From contig NW_003314273.1 in assembly GCF_000143415.4 (NCBI RefSeq), positions 2,480,719-2,544,718 on the forward strand: a stretch of DNA of 64,000 nucleotides, given 5' to 3'. Position numbers and translations under genes: made by a program. Under the pieces are notes generated by a model. That model saw only the letters and a program-made list of their open reading frames with translations, had not been told where the DNA came from and made no database searches. Within the stretch, counting starts at the first letter, position 1, and each line of letters opens with the position of its first letter. Shown here piece after piece: positions 1 to 12,247 of the stretch. Source of the stretch: Selaginella moellendorffii (Eukaryota > Plantae > Lycopodiophyta).

Positions 1-1
1 C

Positions 2-505
2 AGCAAGTACGACAGGCCACTTCTCATAAGTGAGACCTCGGTGCTGTCGTCAGAGCATCCGCTAACCAGATCAAAGTCACAGTCCGAGATTGTGGCCGAG
101 AACATCGACAAGAGTCAAGGCAATCCGGGTGAAGCAAAGCCTCAACTCGCGGGCCTGGATTCCATGGGCCTGAATTCGAAGGACATAACACTGCTAGGAG
201 CGGCGTTCGGGAAATCTCACGCAAAGCTGCCGGTCGAGGAGGAAGAATCTCCTCAACCGAAACCGGCGGAGATAGATGGCGAAAATGCACAGGTTGTCCG
301 AGGCAAGATCTACGTGCAGGACGATGTCAAAGAGCAGATTGTTGGCAGCGTAAGAGCAGTGAAAGGAGATGGAAACGGCAAGAAAGGCCTGCCGAGATCT
401 TCGTCGGTAGAAGAGAACTTAGTTCTCGGCGTTGCTTTGGATGGATCAAAGAGGACATTGCCTCTCAATGGTCCAGAAACCAATATAGATGTTAAAAGGC
501 TGTAA
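2..505 (+). CDS. MSL2: 3' terminal exon of plastid MscS-like mechanosensitive channel (MSL2/MSL3 type); 5' part lies outside the window
   Basis: Frame is open from base 2 to TAA at 505. C-terminal EENLVLGVALDGSKRTLPL matches the conserved MSL2/3 tail (EENIVLGVALEGSKRTLPI). Confidence 0.75.
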   Translation, partial: SKYDRPLLISETSVLSSEHPLTRSKSQSEIVAENIDKSQGNPGEAKPQLAGLDSMGLNSKDITLLGAAFGKSHAKLPVEEEESPQPKPAEIDGENAQVVRGKIYVQDDVKEQIVGSVRAVKGDGNGKKGLPRSSSVEENLVLGVALDGSKRTLPLNGPETNIDVKRL

Positions 506-635
506 ATAACACTTACAAAATAGAAAATCGCTCTTGTAGATTTCCGTGTGATTCATCATAGAGTTCATGAAATAAGATATGATAAAAGAGATCCTACACA
601 ACTATATAAGCATCTAATTTTATTTTTTTTTATCT

Positions 636-1160
636 TTAGAGAAGTTTGATTTTCTCGCCACAGCTCCAGGGGTGCTCTTGATTGCGGTTCTTTCGGACCT
701 GGAAAGCCGCGGACAATTTCCCACACAGTCTCATGATCCTGGAGTTTCCTTTCTTTCCAAAAGCTCCCGAGAGGCTGCTCGATCGCTCGAGCTTGGCACC
801 AGCTCCTCCACCCAGCAGTGCTTCCTCGAGCCTCCTGCTGAAAGAATTGAGCTCGTAAGCGTCGAGCAGATTGCTTCTCCTGTTGTCTACCACAATCTGG
901 AGCTTCCCGCTCTCTTCCAGAGCTTCAAAAGCTTCCATCCTAAACCGCGAAGTCGAAGCTCGAGCAGCCCCTGCTGGTGCTGTCACTACAGCATGCTGAG
1001 AATCGGCGTTTCCGGCACCTCCTCCTCCTCGACCATACCATGCCCAAGCTGCGGCCTTTCTCTGCTCGATCAAGCCTGCATTCTCGTCTCCCGAGCTCCG
1101 CTCGTCTTTCACCTCGCACTGATCAAAGTAGCTGCTCCTTGCTGCTCCTACACGATTCAT
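636..1160 (-). CDS. Conserved plant protein of unknown function (AAAWAWY / SRFRMEA / LLDAYEL family)
   Basis: Single-exon 174-aa ORF with the motif series KAAAWAWY...SRFRMEA...SNLLDAYELNSFSRRL, seen in a small land-plant family. Confidence 0.65.
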   Translation of the reverse strand: MNRVGAARSSYFDQCEVKDERSSGDENAGLIEQRKAAAWAWYGRGGGGAGNADSQHAVVTAPAGAARASTSRFRMEAFEALEESGKLQIVVDNRRSNLLDAYELNSFSRRLEEALLGGGAGAKLERSSSLSGAFGKKGNSRIMRLCGKLSAAFQVRKNRNQEHPWSCGEKIKLL

Positions 1161-1704
1161 ACGACCTGGGTGACCACATCAAACGCAAAAAATCAGAGTC
1201 GGATTTATCTTTCCGGCCTAGACAACCAAAAGCTGTCTACGATTACGAAAGAAAAGGAGAAAAAGCCTACTAGACTGGATGAATGATGTAAAACTTACGC
1301 GAAGGCCAGAAAAATCCCATGTGATTCTCCTTTTTTTTCCGAGCACTAGCCTGTGAATGATAGACAGCCTTTTGAGGCACGCGAAGCTAGCTGCAAAAAC
1401 CGAGTTTTTCTAAGTATGTAAACCGTAAGATAAGATAAACACAGCACAACCTTGGACACATTCCTGACTGTACTGCCTGTCGCGAGGATGGCCACTGCAG
1501 TGAAAGAAAAGAATTTTTAAGAATCTGCTGCAAAAAAACAAAGGAAAAAACAGACCTTGCTCGTCACCGCGTCATCCGGAAGAAATCTGCAACGTAAAAG
1601 ACTGGACAAGGAAGAAAACGATAAACAAAAGTTAGAGAAAAACAAAATGGAGATGGAGCGTCCAGTTTAAGCAGCTGCGATGGTAGAAAAGATCTTCTTC
1701 TTTA

Positions 1705-2061
1705 CTAGAAAATGTGGACAATGTCATAGACGAGCGTCCAAAAGAGCACGAAAGACATGAGCCCCTGGAGGAAACCATCGAACGCCACGCGGTGCCACGA
1801 ATCGAAGAAGGCGCTGGTGTTGAATCGGGTCTTGGCAGCGAGCCCAGCCGATGCGCACAGCATCACCAGGAAGTAGCAAAGGAATCCATACACACCGGTG
1901 AGCCCTAGAACGCCCGCGATGGCGCCCGCCACGATCGACAGGAACGTCCGGCAGTAGTAGGCGATCCTGAGATTGTGCTGCACATTTTCGGCGCTGAGAG
2001 CGAGCGAATCGAGCGGATCATCGGCCTTCTTCGCGTCGGCAGCGTCGTGAGCCAGCGCCAT
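1705..2061 (-). CDS. EMC6: ER membrane protein complex subunit 6 (Rab5-interacting/TMEM93 family)
   Basis: 118 aa: YCRTFLSIVAGAIAGVLGLTG...GLMSFVLFWTLVYDIVHIF. Telo-box-like GCCCTAAA repeats lie immediately upstream. Confidence 0.93.
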   Translation of the reverse strand: MALAHDAADAKKADDPLDSLALSAENVQHNLRIAYYCRTFLSIVAGAIAGVLGLTGVYGFLCYFLVMLCASAGLAAKTRFNTSAFFDSWHRVAFDGFLQGLMSFVLFWTLVYDIVHIF

Positions 2062-2125
2062 TCCCCCAAAGCCCTAAAATCTATTAGCCCTAAATCTTGA
2101 TCCAGGAGAATATACTTTATTTAAA

Positions 2126-3297
2126 CTATCTACAAATGTTGGGTGTAAGATCGGCTAGAATGCTGCTAGAATGCGCTCTTGTGGCGGCTTTCTTTTCATA
2201 TTTTCTAGCTCTTTCGCTTTTGTTTTCGCTTGTCTCTGGATCTCGCGACGAAGAAAATCTGGTAACGAGTTTTTTGATGGCCACTGGAGTCGGGCACTCC
2301 GATCTGTTGTTGAGGAAGCTAGAAATCTGCAAGAAATCACAAAAGGAGTCAGTTTTTTTCTTAGTTAAAGCGAAGCTTAGATACCTTTCTTTGCAGGCTA
2401 TGAATCTCTCGCTCCAGCTCCAGGATCGTCTCGTCTTTACGCCTGGAAACGTCTTCTAGAGCGGCTAATCTCTAGGAAAATCACAAAAGGGAATCGTCGC
2501 AAAGACAAACAAGAGCGTTGCTTACTTGCGTTGCGGAAGAACAGTGGCAACAGTGCTGTCCATTTGACGTCTTTCGAGCTCGATTCAATTGTTGCTGGAG
2601 GAATCTTTCTCGAGTTTCACTCGCTTGGACGCGCTCCCTTAGCATTGTCACCTCGGATTCCATGCCAGCAACCTGTTACAAGCATGCTTCCAAGTTCTAA
2701 ACAGACAAAGAGAAAACGAAAGCAAACTTTTCGTAGTACCTGCGCAGCAGCTCTCTCGAGCTCGCTTAGAAGCTCGTCCGCAATCAAATCCACAGAGATC
2801 TCCTGCCTGGCACGTTGATCTTCCCCAAAAGCATCCACCGCATTTCGTATCGCCGAAACCATCTCCTTCCCCAGCAAATGCGACGAGGGCGACGTCCTGA
2901 TCTTCGAAGGAGCTTCCAGAGGATCAAAAGAAATCCGCGCTTCCGGAAGGTCTTCGCAACCATCTTCTTCCGTCATCGATCGCGAAGCTGGCGCGATCAC
3001 TCCCATTCCAATGCAAAATTCTCGCATTTCTTCCTGTGGAAAGAGTCCCCTTGGCGAAATTCCTTGCTGAAAGAAAGGGCATACCTCGATCGACGCCTCA
3101 TCCTCTTCCGGATCGCGGAGAAGCGGGATCCAGTCCTCCCCGCGATCGCGTCGATTAGCCGCCGCCTCAGAGGAGCGCAGCCTCAATTCGGGACCAGACC
3201 TCGCAACCCTGCCCTGCGCAACAGTACCTCGATCGCCGAGTCCCAGCGCCTGCCGATTCGATCGATGGCAACGCTGCCGGACGCGGCAGTGGATCAT
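2126..3297 (-). CDS. Multi-exon coiled-coil protein of unknown function (start uncertain)
   Basis: About 5 GT-AG-bounded exons encode ELLSELERAAAQ / MESEVTMLRERVQASETRERFLQQQL / RLAALEDVSRRKDETILELEREIHSLQRK and a terminal exon ending LADLTPNICR*. Confidence 0.5.
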
Positions 3298-3508
3298 CCC
3301 TAGCTATGGCGGCCGAGCCGATGATCCACCGCGGACACATTCAAGAAAGAAGAAGTTTCTTCCACAAAGGAGCCGTTCGTGAAGATTCGAGCATATTCGC
3401 ATTGTGCTAAGAATATTTTTTGCCAGGATTCGAAACCGCGACCTCGTGCTAAGCCCTAATCTTTTTTAAGGGGGTCTTCTTCTTCTTCTCGCGTAGACCG
3501 ACCGAGCT

Positions 3509-5010
3509 ATGGAGGAAGTGAGGATCGTTTCCGTGCAAATGGTTGCGCCGGCAGAGCCGCCCAATCCATCCTCCTTTCGCGAATCGATCAAGCTTACACT
3601 CTACGATCGAGCAATGCGCTTTGCTCTCTACCAGAAGAGGATCCTCTTCTACAATCCGGTGGAGCCGTCCAGCATCGATTGCCACATCCAATCTCTCAAG
3701 GGCAGCCTCGCCCAAGCGCTTGTCAGCTTCTATCCTCTCGCCGGTAGGCTCTCGAGCTCCTCTCTCGAGATCGATTGCTCCACGCTCTCGGTCCAGTTCA
3801 CGGAGGCAGTGACCGATGCAACGCTGGGCGATCTCGCCATCCGGCCCTCGAGTTTCTGTGACAAGCTTTGCGACATGGGATCTTCTCCAACTTGGCCATG
3901 GAGTCCAGATTTGCCACTGCTATTCGCACAGGTAAGCTTAGATCCTCGGAGTTCTTGACAAGTTCTCCGGAGTTTCCGGAAGAATGTACTTCCGGAGAAC
4001 CTACCTTGACTCTTCGTTTTCACACACGGTTTTTCCTTGACCAGGTGACGAGATTTGTCGATGGTGGGATCAGCGTCGCGATCGCTTTCAGCCACCAAGT
4101 TTGCGACGGCGTTAGCGGATGGCATTTCTTCAATTCCTGGGCTCAAATCGCTCGAGATGGTGTCTTGCGAAATCCGCCAGTGGTTTCATACGAAGTGGAA
4201 GAACAAGACATGGAGCTCGAGGAAGCATTCGAGGTCGCAGCGTCCATAGGCTACAAAGTCAAGAAATCAGCGTCATCACCCCGGGATCTCTCCAAACCAC
4301 GCGAATCAATCTCCTCGAGCTCTATGCCGCAGCTGGACGTCAGGCTCTTCCGCCTGGATCAGAGCCACATCTCCGAGCTCAAATCCAGATGCCTGGAAGA
4401 AACTCGCGCCAGCTTCTCCAGCTATGAAGTCGTGTGCGCGTACTTTTGGACGCTAACCGCGCGCCATCGCGGCTTGCGCCCGGATCAAGAGGCCGCGATC
4501 GCGATTCTTTTCGACAGCCGGGGAAGGTTCGCCAAAGTCCCAGAGTTTTACTTGGGAAACGCCATCGCCACCGCGATCGTGAGCGCTAGAGTCGAGGATC
4601 TGACGTCCAAGGGGATTGGTTACGCCGCGGGCCTCCTGCACGACGCCATCGTGAGCATGGACGAGAAGAAGAACCAAGCCCAGCTGAAGTTCATGTATCA
4701 CGTCATGGAAACCGGATTCATCACAGAGATGGAGATCGATCCAGCGTCTTTCAGCCTTGTGGTGAGCTCTCCCCGGCATCCGGTCTACGAGACAGACTTT
4801 GGATTTGGAAGGCCAGCCGGTGTTACATTTGGGACCAACGATTTGAGCGACGGCAAGATCTATCTCTTTCCATCGCCCGCTGGAAACCGGGGTGTGGAAG
4901 TGAGTGTGGTTCTTCATCCAGAGAGATTCACACTAGAACTAGTATTAGACTTAGAGAGTATTGGACTCCCGCAGGATATTCTTGCAAATTCCCTTAAATT
5001 AATTAAATGA
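3509..5010 (+). CDS. BAHD acyltransferase (exons 3509-3931, 4045-5010)
   Basis: Has FYPLAGRL, catalytic HxxxD (SHQVCDG) and DFGFG motifs. The single intron falls after FAQ, the conserved 'Q' intron position of BAHD genes. Confidence 0.93.
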
Positions 5011-5174
5011 AAGACTTTTAACTTTTAAAAAGTTCACATCGAAAATTAATCCAATATCGGGCTTGATTCCTTGAGAAAGTTGCTTAATGTTTTTTCATCC
5101 TTCATCCTCGAGCTTTGGAAACAAATGTCGTCATAGACTTATATGCTATTGTTTCGAATTATGCTGTGTGATCT

Positions 5175-5986
5175 TCACAACGTGTGAACCATATCTTGGA
5201 TCCATATCAATGGATTGGAGATTGTTAACGATGCAAGATCCTTTGGTAGATCATTCCCTGTGATGAAAGCTACTTCCCGGAGCCTCTGTATGGCTCTCGC
5301 CATCTTCGAGTTTGCGACAAGGTGCCATGGAGACTCCAGCAAGTTGGGAGAGAGGAGCAGCGCGTATGCCACGGCCAGCGTCCCGGAGAAGACGTCCAAC
5401 TGAATCGACCATTTGCTCCGCAGCAAGAAGATTGCAAGAGAGGAAAGGGCGGTGGTGCCAGCGAAAGTGGGCAGAACGATCGACCAGGCATAGCTGAAGA
5501 TCCAAGGATCATTGAACTCGAGCATGAGCTGCCAGGCCATGTTGAGCACGCCCACGAAGCACAAGCTTGCCTTGGACAGTTCAATCGTGGGATTTGTCCA
5601 TGCCATCGAAAGGATTCCAGTCAGACCAGAGGCGAGCATGATGAGAGTGTAGATGGTGTTGAAGTTGATGCCCCAGATCACCGCTAGCATCTCACCTGTG
5701 GAAACAAGATGATCCTTTGAGTGCTCTAGCTAGAGAAGGTGATGCAAAGAAACTTACAGAAGATCAAAGGGACTAGTGTGAGGAAGAACTGGAGATCAAG
5801 GCCCTGTTTATCTGGATTGCCTTCAAGATTGAGGATCGCCAAGATGCTGAGAAGAGATTGGAAAACAAGTGGCCAATAGCCCAGCGCGTAGAAGAAACTT
5901 TGCCACTTGAACAGCCACTGGTGATTGCTCCACCGCTGCAAGATCTCCTCTAGACTATACTCACCACTCACCATGGGCAAAGCCAT
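5175..5986 (-). CDS. Divergent half-size organic cation/carnitine transporter-like MFS protein (exons 5986-5758, 5695-5175; ~249 aa); may be a pseudogene
   Basis: A GT-AG intron joins the two ORFs in frame. N-terminus SLEEILQRW...FKWQ and LLESPWHLVANSKMARAIQRLREVA resemble the OCT/SLC22 start and the post-TM6 ESPRWL motif. Confidence 0.5.
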
Positions 5987-6840
5987 TGTCCTTCCTTTTG
6001 AAACCCTAACTCAGAAATCTCAACAATCCTTAAAATGTTTCAGGAACTAGAAAAAGAATATATTTAATTGTGTTAGATTCTTAATATATAATTAAAATTC
6101 TTTTATTTCAGAATAAACTTTAATGAAAATAAATTGAGAATTTTAAAAAATAAATTAAAATATTGTCAATGGAAAATAAAAATAAAATTAATGGTTTCAT
6201 TAATTTATATAAAGAAAATTTAATTTTTGAGTGTTAGAGGGTTAAATATTATGATGTAAAACTATGTTAAAGTATAAATTTATTGTGAACTTAAGAATCC
6301 ATTCTAAGTGTAACAAATTCAACAGTAAAATGAAAAAGAAACCCTTTCTTTTGCAATTACTTCTCTTTCTATGAATATCCAAAGATAAAATTTTAATAAT
6401 CCAAGTTTTGGATATTCATTAGCATTTACAAATATTATTGTCAGTGTTGGATATTAAATATATTTAAGTTAAAATTATTAATTTTAAAAGTAAATTTCAT
6501 TAAATTAATTAAATTTATATGTATGTATGTATGTTTAAAATTTAAGTTTTTAATAATTGGTATAAAAAAACAAGAAATAAATTTCTTGAAAATATAATAT
6601 TTACTTTATATTAATATTAAATTAATCTTATATTAATTTTATTTTATTCCTAGAAAAAGAGGAAATGGATGAATTCCTTAATATAATCAAAATTACTCAA
6701 AATTTTTAAATACACATAATTAAGTATTTCAGCTCTTTGTAAATATAAATTTTATTCAGGCTTTATAGTTCTAAAATCGCTTGTTTTGCTTAATAGTAGT
6801 GTTATTCTTACTTATTAATCCAATTGATCAAATAAAGTTT

Positions 6841-7025
6841 AGAATTATAAGCATGTTTGTAATTTATAAACACAAGATTAATCTTATTGCATATCAACCA
6901 TTAGATGATAGAATAAAAAGAATATACTAAAAAGAGTTTAAGAAAGTTTATAAATTATAAACATGTTTATAAATTATAAATACAAGATTAATCTAAATGA
7001 ATAACAACCGTTAGATGGTAGAATA
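6841..7025. repeat. Imperfect ~75-bp direct repeat in an AT-rich spacer
   Basis: AATTATAA.CATGTTT.TAA.TTATAAA.ACAAGATTAATCT...CAACC.TTAGATG.TAGAATA occurs at ~6841-6915 and ~6951-7025. Confidence 0.6.
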
Positions 7026-7291
7026 TTCTAGAATAGTTAAGCACATTTTACAAGTTTACTTAAACAAACTAAAAAACTACAAAATAACTTACCAAATCTT
7101 TCAAAATAATCATGAATAAATTATTTTAATGCTAAATTGTTACTTTTTATAGAGAATATTTTTTAATATTCTTAAATATTTCCAAGCAAACAAAGGACAT
7201 TGTCTTGTGTAACGGCAGGACAAACACAGAAAAGCATTTATTAATCCTAGGCGTATAAGGTAGTATGTACATAAACGAATACGAGGCGCGA

Positions 7292-10230
7292 CTATTTCTC
7301 TCCAAACCACTGGTTGAGAGTCTCCATGACAACGTCGCCCTTGATCACGGGATTGTCCGGCAGTAGAGGCAAGCTGTTGTCAGGCTTCTCCAAGCGCTCC
7401 ACCACAACCGGCGCGGCAGGGACGCTCTCCCACCAGGCCTTGAGTCGAGCGAAAAACTCACGCACCATTGGCCTCCGGAACTTGAGCTCCATGGTGAACT
7501 GATCCAGGACAAGGAAAGCCACGATGATCTGGAATGGCAGCGTCACGAGAAGGCCAGCGGCAGCGATCACGGAGAGCAAAGCCAAGTTGGTCGCCTGGAA
7601 AACTCAAACCAAGATCAACAAAATGAAAGAGAAGTTAAGAGACTACCTTTGGATTGCTGGACAGAGCGATCGTCCGGAGCTTCAAGAGAGCTACGTTGAC
7701 GTTCTGGAGGAACGTCTCGAGTTGAGCCAGTGCTTCCTTCAGGGAGATTATCTTTTGGAGTGTGTTGGAGGGAGGTTGTTCCTGGATTGTAACTTTTCCA
7801 AAGTCCGGCTCTACGTGTCCATTGGCTCTCAAACCTCGCAGTGCCAAAACTCCGATGCTACTGATAAGTAAAACACTGGGAAAAACGTAGCGCAGCCATC
7901 TCCTACAAAAGATATATAGTTAAAAATGAACGAGAAGAGTTCTTCCAAGTGCTTACAAGTATAAGGCACCATAGAAGCACGCCAAGAACGCCAGTGTCTT
8001 TGGTGGCTCTTTCCATTCTTTAAGTTTCTTAAGCTCCATCACCATCGCTAGCAAAGGGGACATAAGTTCCTGCCAAAACAAAAACACGACACTAACTTCC
8101 ATCGCTAGAAAAGTTGCGTACCTTGAAAAGATCAATGTTTTCTGGAATTCCTGCGATTATAGCCCCGTCAATGGTTGCTTTCGTCAACTCAAGCTCCCTG
8201 TTTTGCTCCTTGCATTCCCCCACTGCCCTCTCCAGCTGACTCAAGCCTCCAACTACGTGATTCTTTCCCAGAACCATGCCTCCTCCTCCCAGTCTTTGCC
8301 TCCAAAATGCTATGGACTCTGCGCGGTTCCACGTCTCTGAGTCCATCCATTTTCGGAAGTAGATGCTACCATCCGTGCCAACTATATAGCCGCTTGAAGT
8401 GAGTTCGTTGTTTTTCGGGACCTGCGAGTTCTCGTAAGAGCTTAGCTCCATCCTGCCACCCCAAAAGTCTACTGCCAGCGATTGAAGCACCAAGAACCCA
8501 GCTGCTGTGCTCGAAACATATGAATACTGGAGAAGTTTCTCTGGATGCTCCGGTGCTTTCTTTAAGGTAGCTTGCAAAGCTTGAAACCTTGCTATCCCAA
8601 GCAGCGCACTGTTTATGGCCCTTCTCCTTCCAGTCTTGGAGACGTAAGCGTATTCTGGAGAAGTTTCGCTCGTCTTTGGAGCATACTCTCGAATAAACCT
8701 GTGCACCATCATCATTTCTAGAATGAACAGGTACCAAATTTCCCGGCGACCTCTACCTGTGAAGTCGACAAATTCCAGCACCCATGGATCGTCCCTGCAA
8801 GATAGCATTCAAGTACAGATATTACACATCGCTTAAGTCAAAAACGTTCTCAAAACGTACTCCGAGCTCGAAGAAATCGAAATTGCAGAATCAAAGAGCT
8901 CCATCCCGAGGGGCCCAACTCTCCTACGTTCAATTTTAGCCTCGGGTCCATCAAAACTGAGACGCAGTGTTTGTTTATCCTGGAAAGCAATCCTGAAAGG
9001 CTATGCAATACATAAAAGTCAGAAGGACTAATGCTGGAAGAAAAAGAAACCAAGCTAAACCTCGAAATAGAGAGCACGATCCGTCATAGTCAAATTTCCA
9101 GGCCACGCCATCCCATTATCCCATTTCTGCACAGGTTGCCTCCGGCTAGCTCCAATACAAATAAGACTTTCGTCACGATCGAGCTCTAAGTTACATTCCT
9201 GACGAAAAATGTGTCGACCATTTACAACACTGAATTTAGAGAAAACATAAAACTTAAAACAGAATCGAAGGAAAAAAACAAAAAGGTTTTGACACTCACC
9301 CGCACAGCTCGCAAAGATATCTATCCCAAGTGTCAAACGACAAACCATCTTTGTCGCCAGTAAGAGCTTTAAACAGGTGGTGCGCCGTGGCTAAGTCGGC
9401 AGCTCCAGGTATGGAGGGCGCGATTCTTGCAAACGCTGGTTCTTGTACAAGTGTCTGCACCAAAAAGAGTTTTGGAGACGAAAATAAAAACAGAAAAGAA
9501 GGCTTACTTGAATTTTTTCTTGAGCTTCCATGTAAGGTTGCTGCCATGCCAGCATTGTTATAAAGGTGAGACGTCGAAACGCAGCATCCTGGAGAAGGAG
9601 AGAGCGATCACAAACAAACGCTTTCACAAAGTTATTGACAAGTTCTACCTTTAAGTTTGGTATGAAATCTCCAGAGCCTCTTCCCAGGAACCGAAAGCAG
9701 CAAAACTCGAGTAAGTTTCGTGCTTCGTTTTGCACAGAAACTGGAGCATATCTTTCGAAATGTTCTCTCATCCTCCTGCCTGTCACTCCACTCAATCTTT
9801 TTTTTCCCCCGCGGAGAAGGAAAGAAAAAACCGTCATTGGATTCTCATCGATCGATCGAACTAGAACACTTACCGACTGAATTGCTCAATCGCATTGATC
9901 GCAGCAGTAGAAAGCTCGCCTCTAGGCGTTTTACTGTCCACTGTTTGCTCCTTAACACTAAACGCCTCTAGCAGCTGCCGTTGCGCGTCGATTCCACCAT
10001 CGTCCCTCACATTCTGATCGCCTTGCCAGAACGCACTGATGACTGCGCCAGAATCGAGAGCTAGAAACCAAGAAATCTCACAATATCATACCATTCCGCC
10101 TCGAGCAATGCCTCAATCGTCGAAACGCCGCCTTGCGACCGCAGCAGCAGAGATTCAGCTGGAAGAATACGCCGCGATTGACTGGAAGAAGCCAGGAACT
10201 CATCCCCGGCGCCCAGACACATCCCTCCAT
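7292..10230 (-). CDS. DUF639 family plant protein, multi-exon, with a transit-peptide-like N-terminus
   Basis: Exons encode ELSTAAINAIEQFSR, ARNLLEFCCFRFL, AFARIAPSIPGAAD, AWPGNLTMTDRALYFE, ATIDGAIIAGIPENIDLFKEL and WWESVPAAPVVV, typical of DUF639. Likely ATG at 10230 (MEGCVWAPG). Confidence 0.88.
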
Positions 10231-10286
10231 TTTTCCTTGTTCTTCGCTAGGGTAGAAAGCGAATATGCCACCTCCACATACTTTAT

Positions 10287-10340
10287 TCCACGTAGTTTCC
10301 ACGTGGGCACTGTACAAAGCCCTTATCTCTAGCCGTTGGA
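10287..10340. promoter_or_regulatory. Candidate cis-elements upstream of the DUF639 gene: G-box CACGTG (10300-10305) and MSA-like TCCAACGGCTA (10330-10340, minus strand)
   Basis: Exact motif matches 70-110 bp upstream of the ATG; no functional evidence. Confidence 0.3.
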
Positions 10341-10359
10341 TAAATCCTCTAAATTTGTG

Positions 10360-10760
10360 AAAAGTATTTACCTAATCACTTCAGCTCAAAATCTTAAACT
10401 GTTGGAGAAGAAATTTGGAGCAAATAAGAAGAGGGAAAAACAAAATTTAAAATATTAACCTCTACAAAGTATTGTTTAAACGGATAAGGATTGAACTTTA
10501 AACGAATGCAAACTTTAAAAGCTTTTTAATAAGAGATATTAAGCAAGTGTTAAAGGAAAAGTGATTTTAAAGAAACCCTAAATGAAATGTTAATAAAAAT
10601 TTGCAAAGATTGTTCTTGATTTAAAAGTGCTGTGCATAGCATACCGAGCAACCACTTGAAGCTTTTCAAAAGCAGTGATGAACAGTCTCGTTCCCAGGCA
10701 TTTCTTTGCATAACAGCTCTTTGATTGCACATGAGGTTTGTGATTGGGATTCTTTAAGTA
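10360..10760. pseudogene. Collapsed relic of the 13.1-14.5 kb locus (Chibby-like promoter plus SNI1 3' exon fragments)
   Basis: 10362-10440 resembles 13098-13205. 10615-10690 resembles SNI1 exon sequence at 14300-14365 (CATAGCATACCGAG.AACC.CTTGAAGCTTTTCAAAAGCAG.GATGAACAGTC). 10738-10760 resembles ~14508-14530. Confidence 0.6.
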
Positions 10761-11399
10761 GCAAAATTAAGTGGCTAGAAGCCATTGGAATCTCTATACC
10801 ATAGAATATGGAGATCTTTTGATTTTTTTACTTTCGAAAAGTACTTTCGAAATGCCGCTGCAGCTCTCGAATGTAATTAGCTAGCAAAATAAAATCAAAA
10901 TCAAAACTTTGAGATCTTTAATGAAATTTTACAAGATGCAAATCGTCTCGTCATGGCCTTCTTTGCTCCATCCAGCACAGTCCTGTTACCACTTGTTCCA
11001 GTTTTCACCAAGCTTTCAGAGGTATGCTCAGGTATGCTCGTCTAGTTTTTAATTTCTCACTCAAAGAAAAGCCTTTGAGCTAACCAAGGCATCAAGCTTT
11101 GCTGTTGCTCACGCTACCAAGCAATCCCCCGATCATTCGAGCTCTCTTCTAGCGCTCTTCATTCTACGATCTTGCCACTCAAGCCGTAGCATTGCAAGTA
11201 CTGTCCATGTCTATGAATTTATCTTAGATGTGCTGGGCTCTACTTTTTACTTGTTATGTGCCTTCCTTCTGCGTGTTTTCTCTCTCTTGATGGCAAGGCT
11301 CCATTTTACATGAGCTTAGCTGCCGTCTTCGCAAATGCTCTTTTGGACTGGGGAGTAGCACTATACTAATATGGCTACTCCATCTTGTTTAAGGAAGTA

Positions 11400-11830
11400 C
11401 ATAATTTTAAACACACGATTAAGAGCTTGGCCACGAAAGATGTTTCATCCTCGAGGAAGCATGCCTTGAACTCCTCATCGTCAATGCGTACTGCACTGAC
11501 TAGGGCCAAGAGCTAGAAAAACACAGTTCAAAAACTTCTTCAGTGTTCACAGTAACACAAGATTGGTGGAATTTTGTCTCTTTTTGTGAATCTAGTGTTA
11601 AAGATAAGTGCACTCAGTGTGCAATCTTTGCACATGTGCATGCGAGTGAATAACTAGGTACAAAGCTCTCCATGTACCACGCTTGGATTGCGCTCCCCCT
11701 CCGCAACTCGAGCGTGGCATCCACGGTTTCTCTCAAGCCCGGGGGCACAACCGCAGCCCCAAGCTTGAATAGGCGATCCTCCTCCCTGCTGTAGACTTCA
11801 AGGGAACAAGGCTCATTCGAGATAAAAGGG
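11400..11830 (-). pseudogene. Lineage-specific coding fragments related to the 12248-12890 gene
   Basis: Translates to ISNEPCSLEVYSREEDRLFKLGAAVVPPG... and VRIDDEEFKACFLEDETSFVAKLL; the latter resembles ARIDDEDEEDVKAEFLVYNKQSETSFMFKLL of the neighbouring gene. Confidence 0.4.
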
Positions 11831-12247
11831 AACTACTTCAACTGCTGAGGGATTGCAGCTCTGTCTGCTCGTGAGACAAAGAAACAAAAAAAGAGTGGTC
11901 GCCAACTTTGTGGAAAACAGCATCTATATCTGCTCTGAACAGCACTAGACACAGTCGACAAAATAGAATGTTAGCAAATGGCGATGCTAGGCTGCTGCTA
12001 AGAGTTGCGCGATCATATGTGCTTGTCCAGGGCAGGAGGAAGATCGATGCAGGTTGTTTATCATCTTTTCTTGTTCTCTTAGTCATCACTGAAAAATGAA
12101 ACACTTAACAGGTTTTTGATCCAAGCAAGTAAGTTTCATTGATTTCTTGAAAAAGTCAGTATTCGTGAGCTCCCGATCAATCTTTGGATGAGGGATTTCG
12201 TGGACAAAAGCAACAAGTCAAAAACCAACAAAGCTGCATCCGCCCGA

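Noticed and set aside
672-1286. 204-aa plus-strand ORF, and many similar antisense or alternative-frame ORFs over PRP22, PPR, CCX and BAHD
   Set aside because: These are shadow ORFs of GC-rich real genes with no recognisable motifs.
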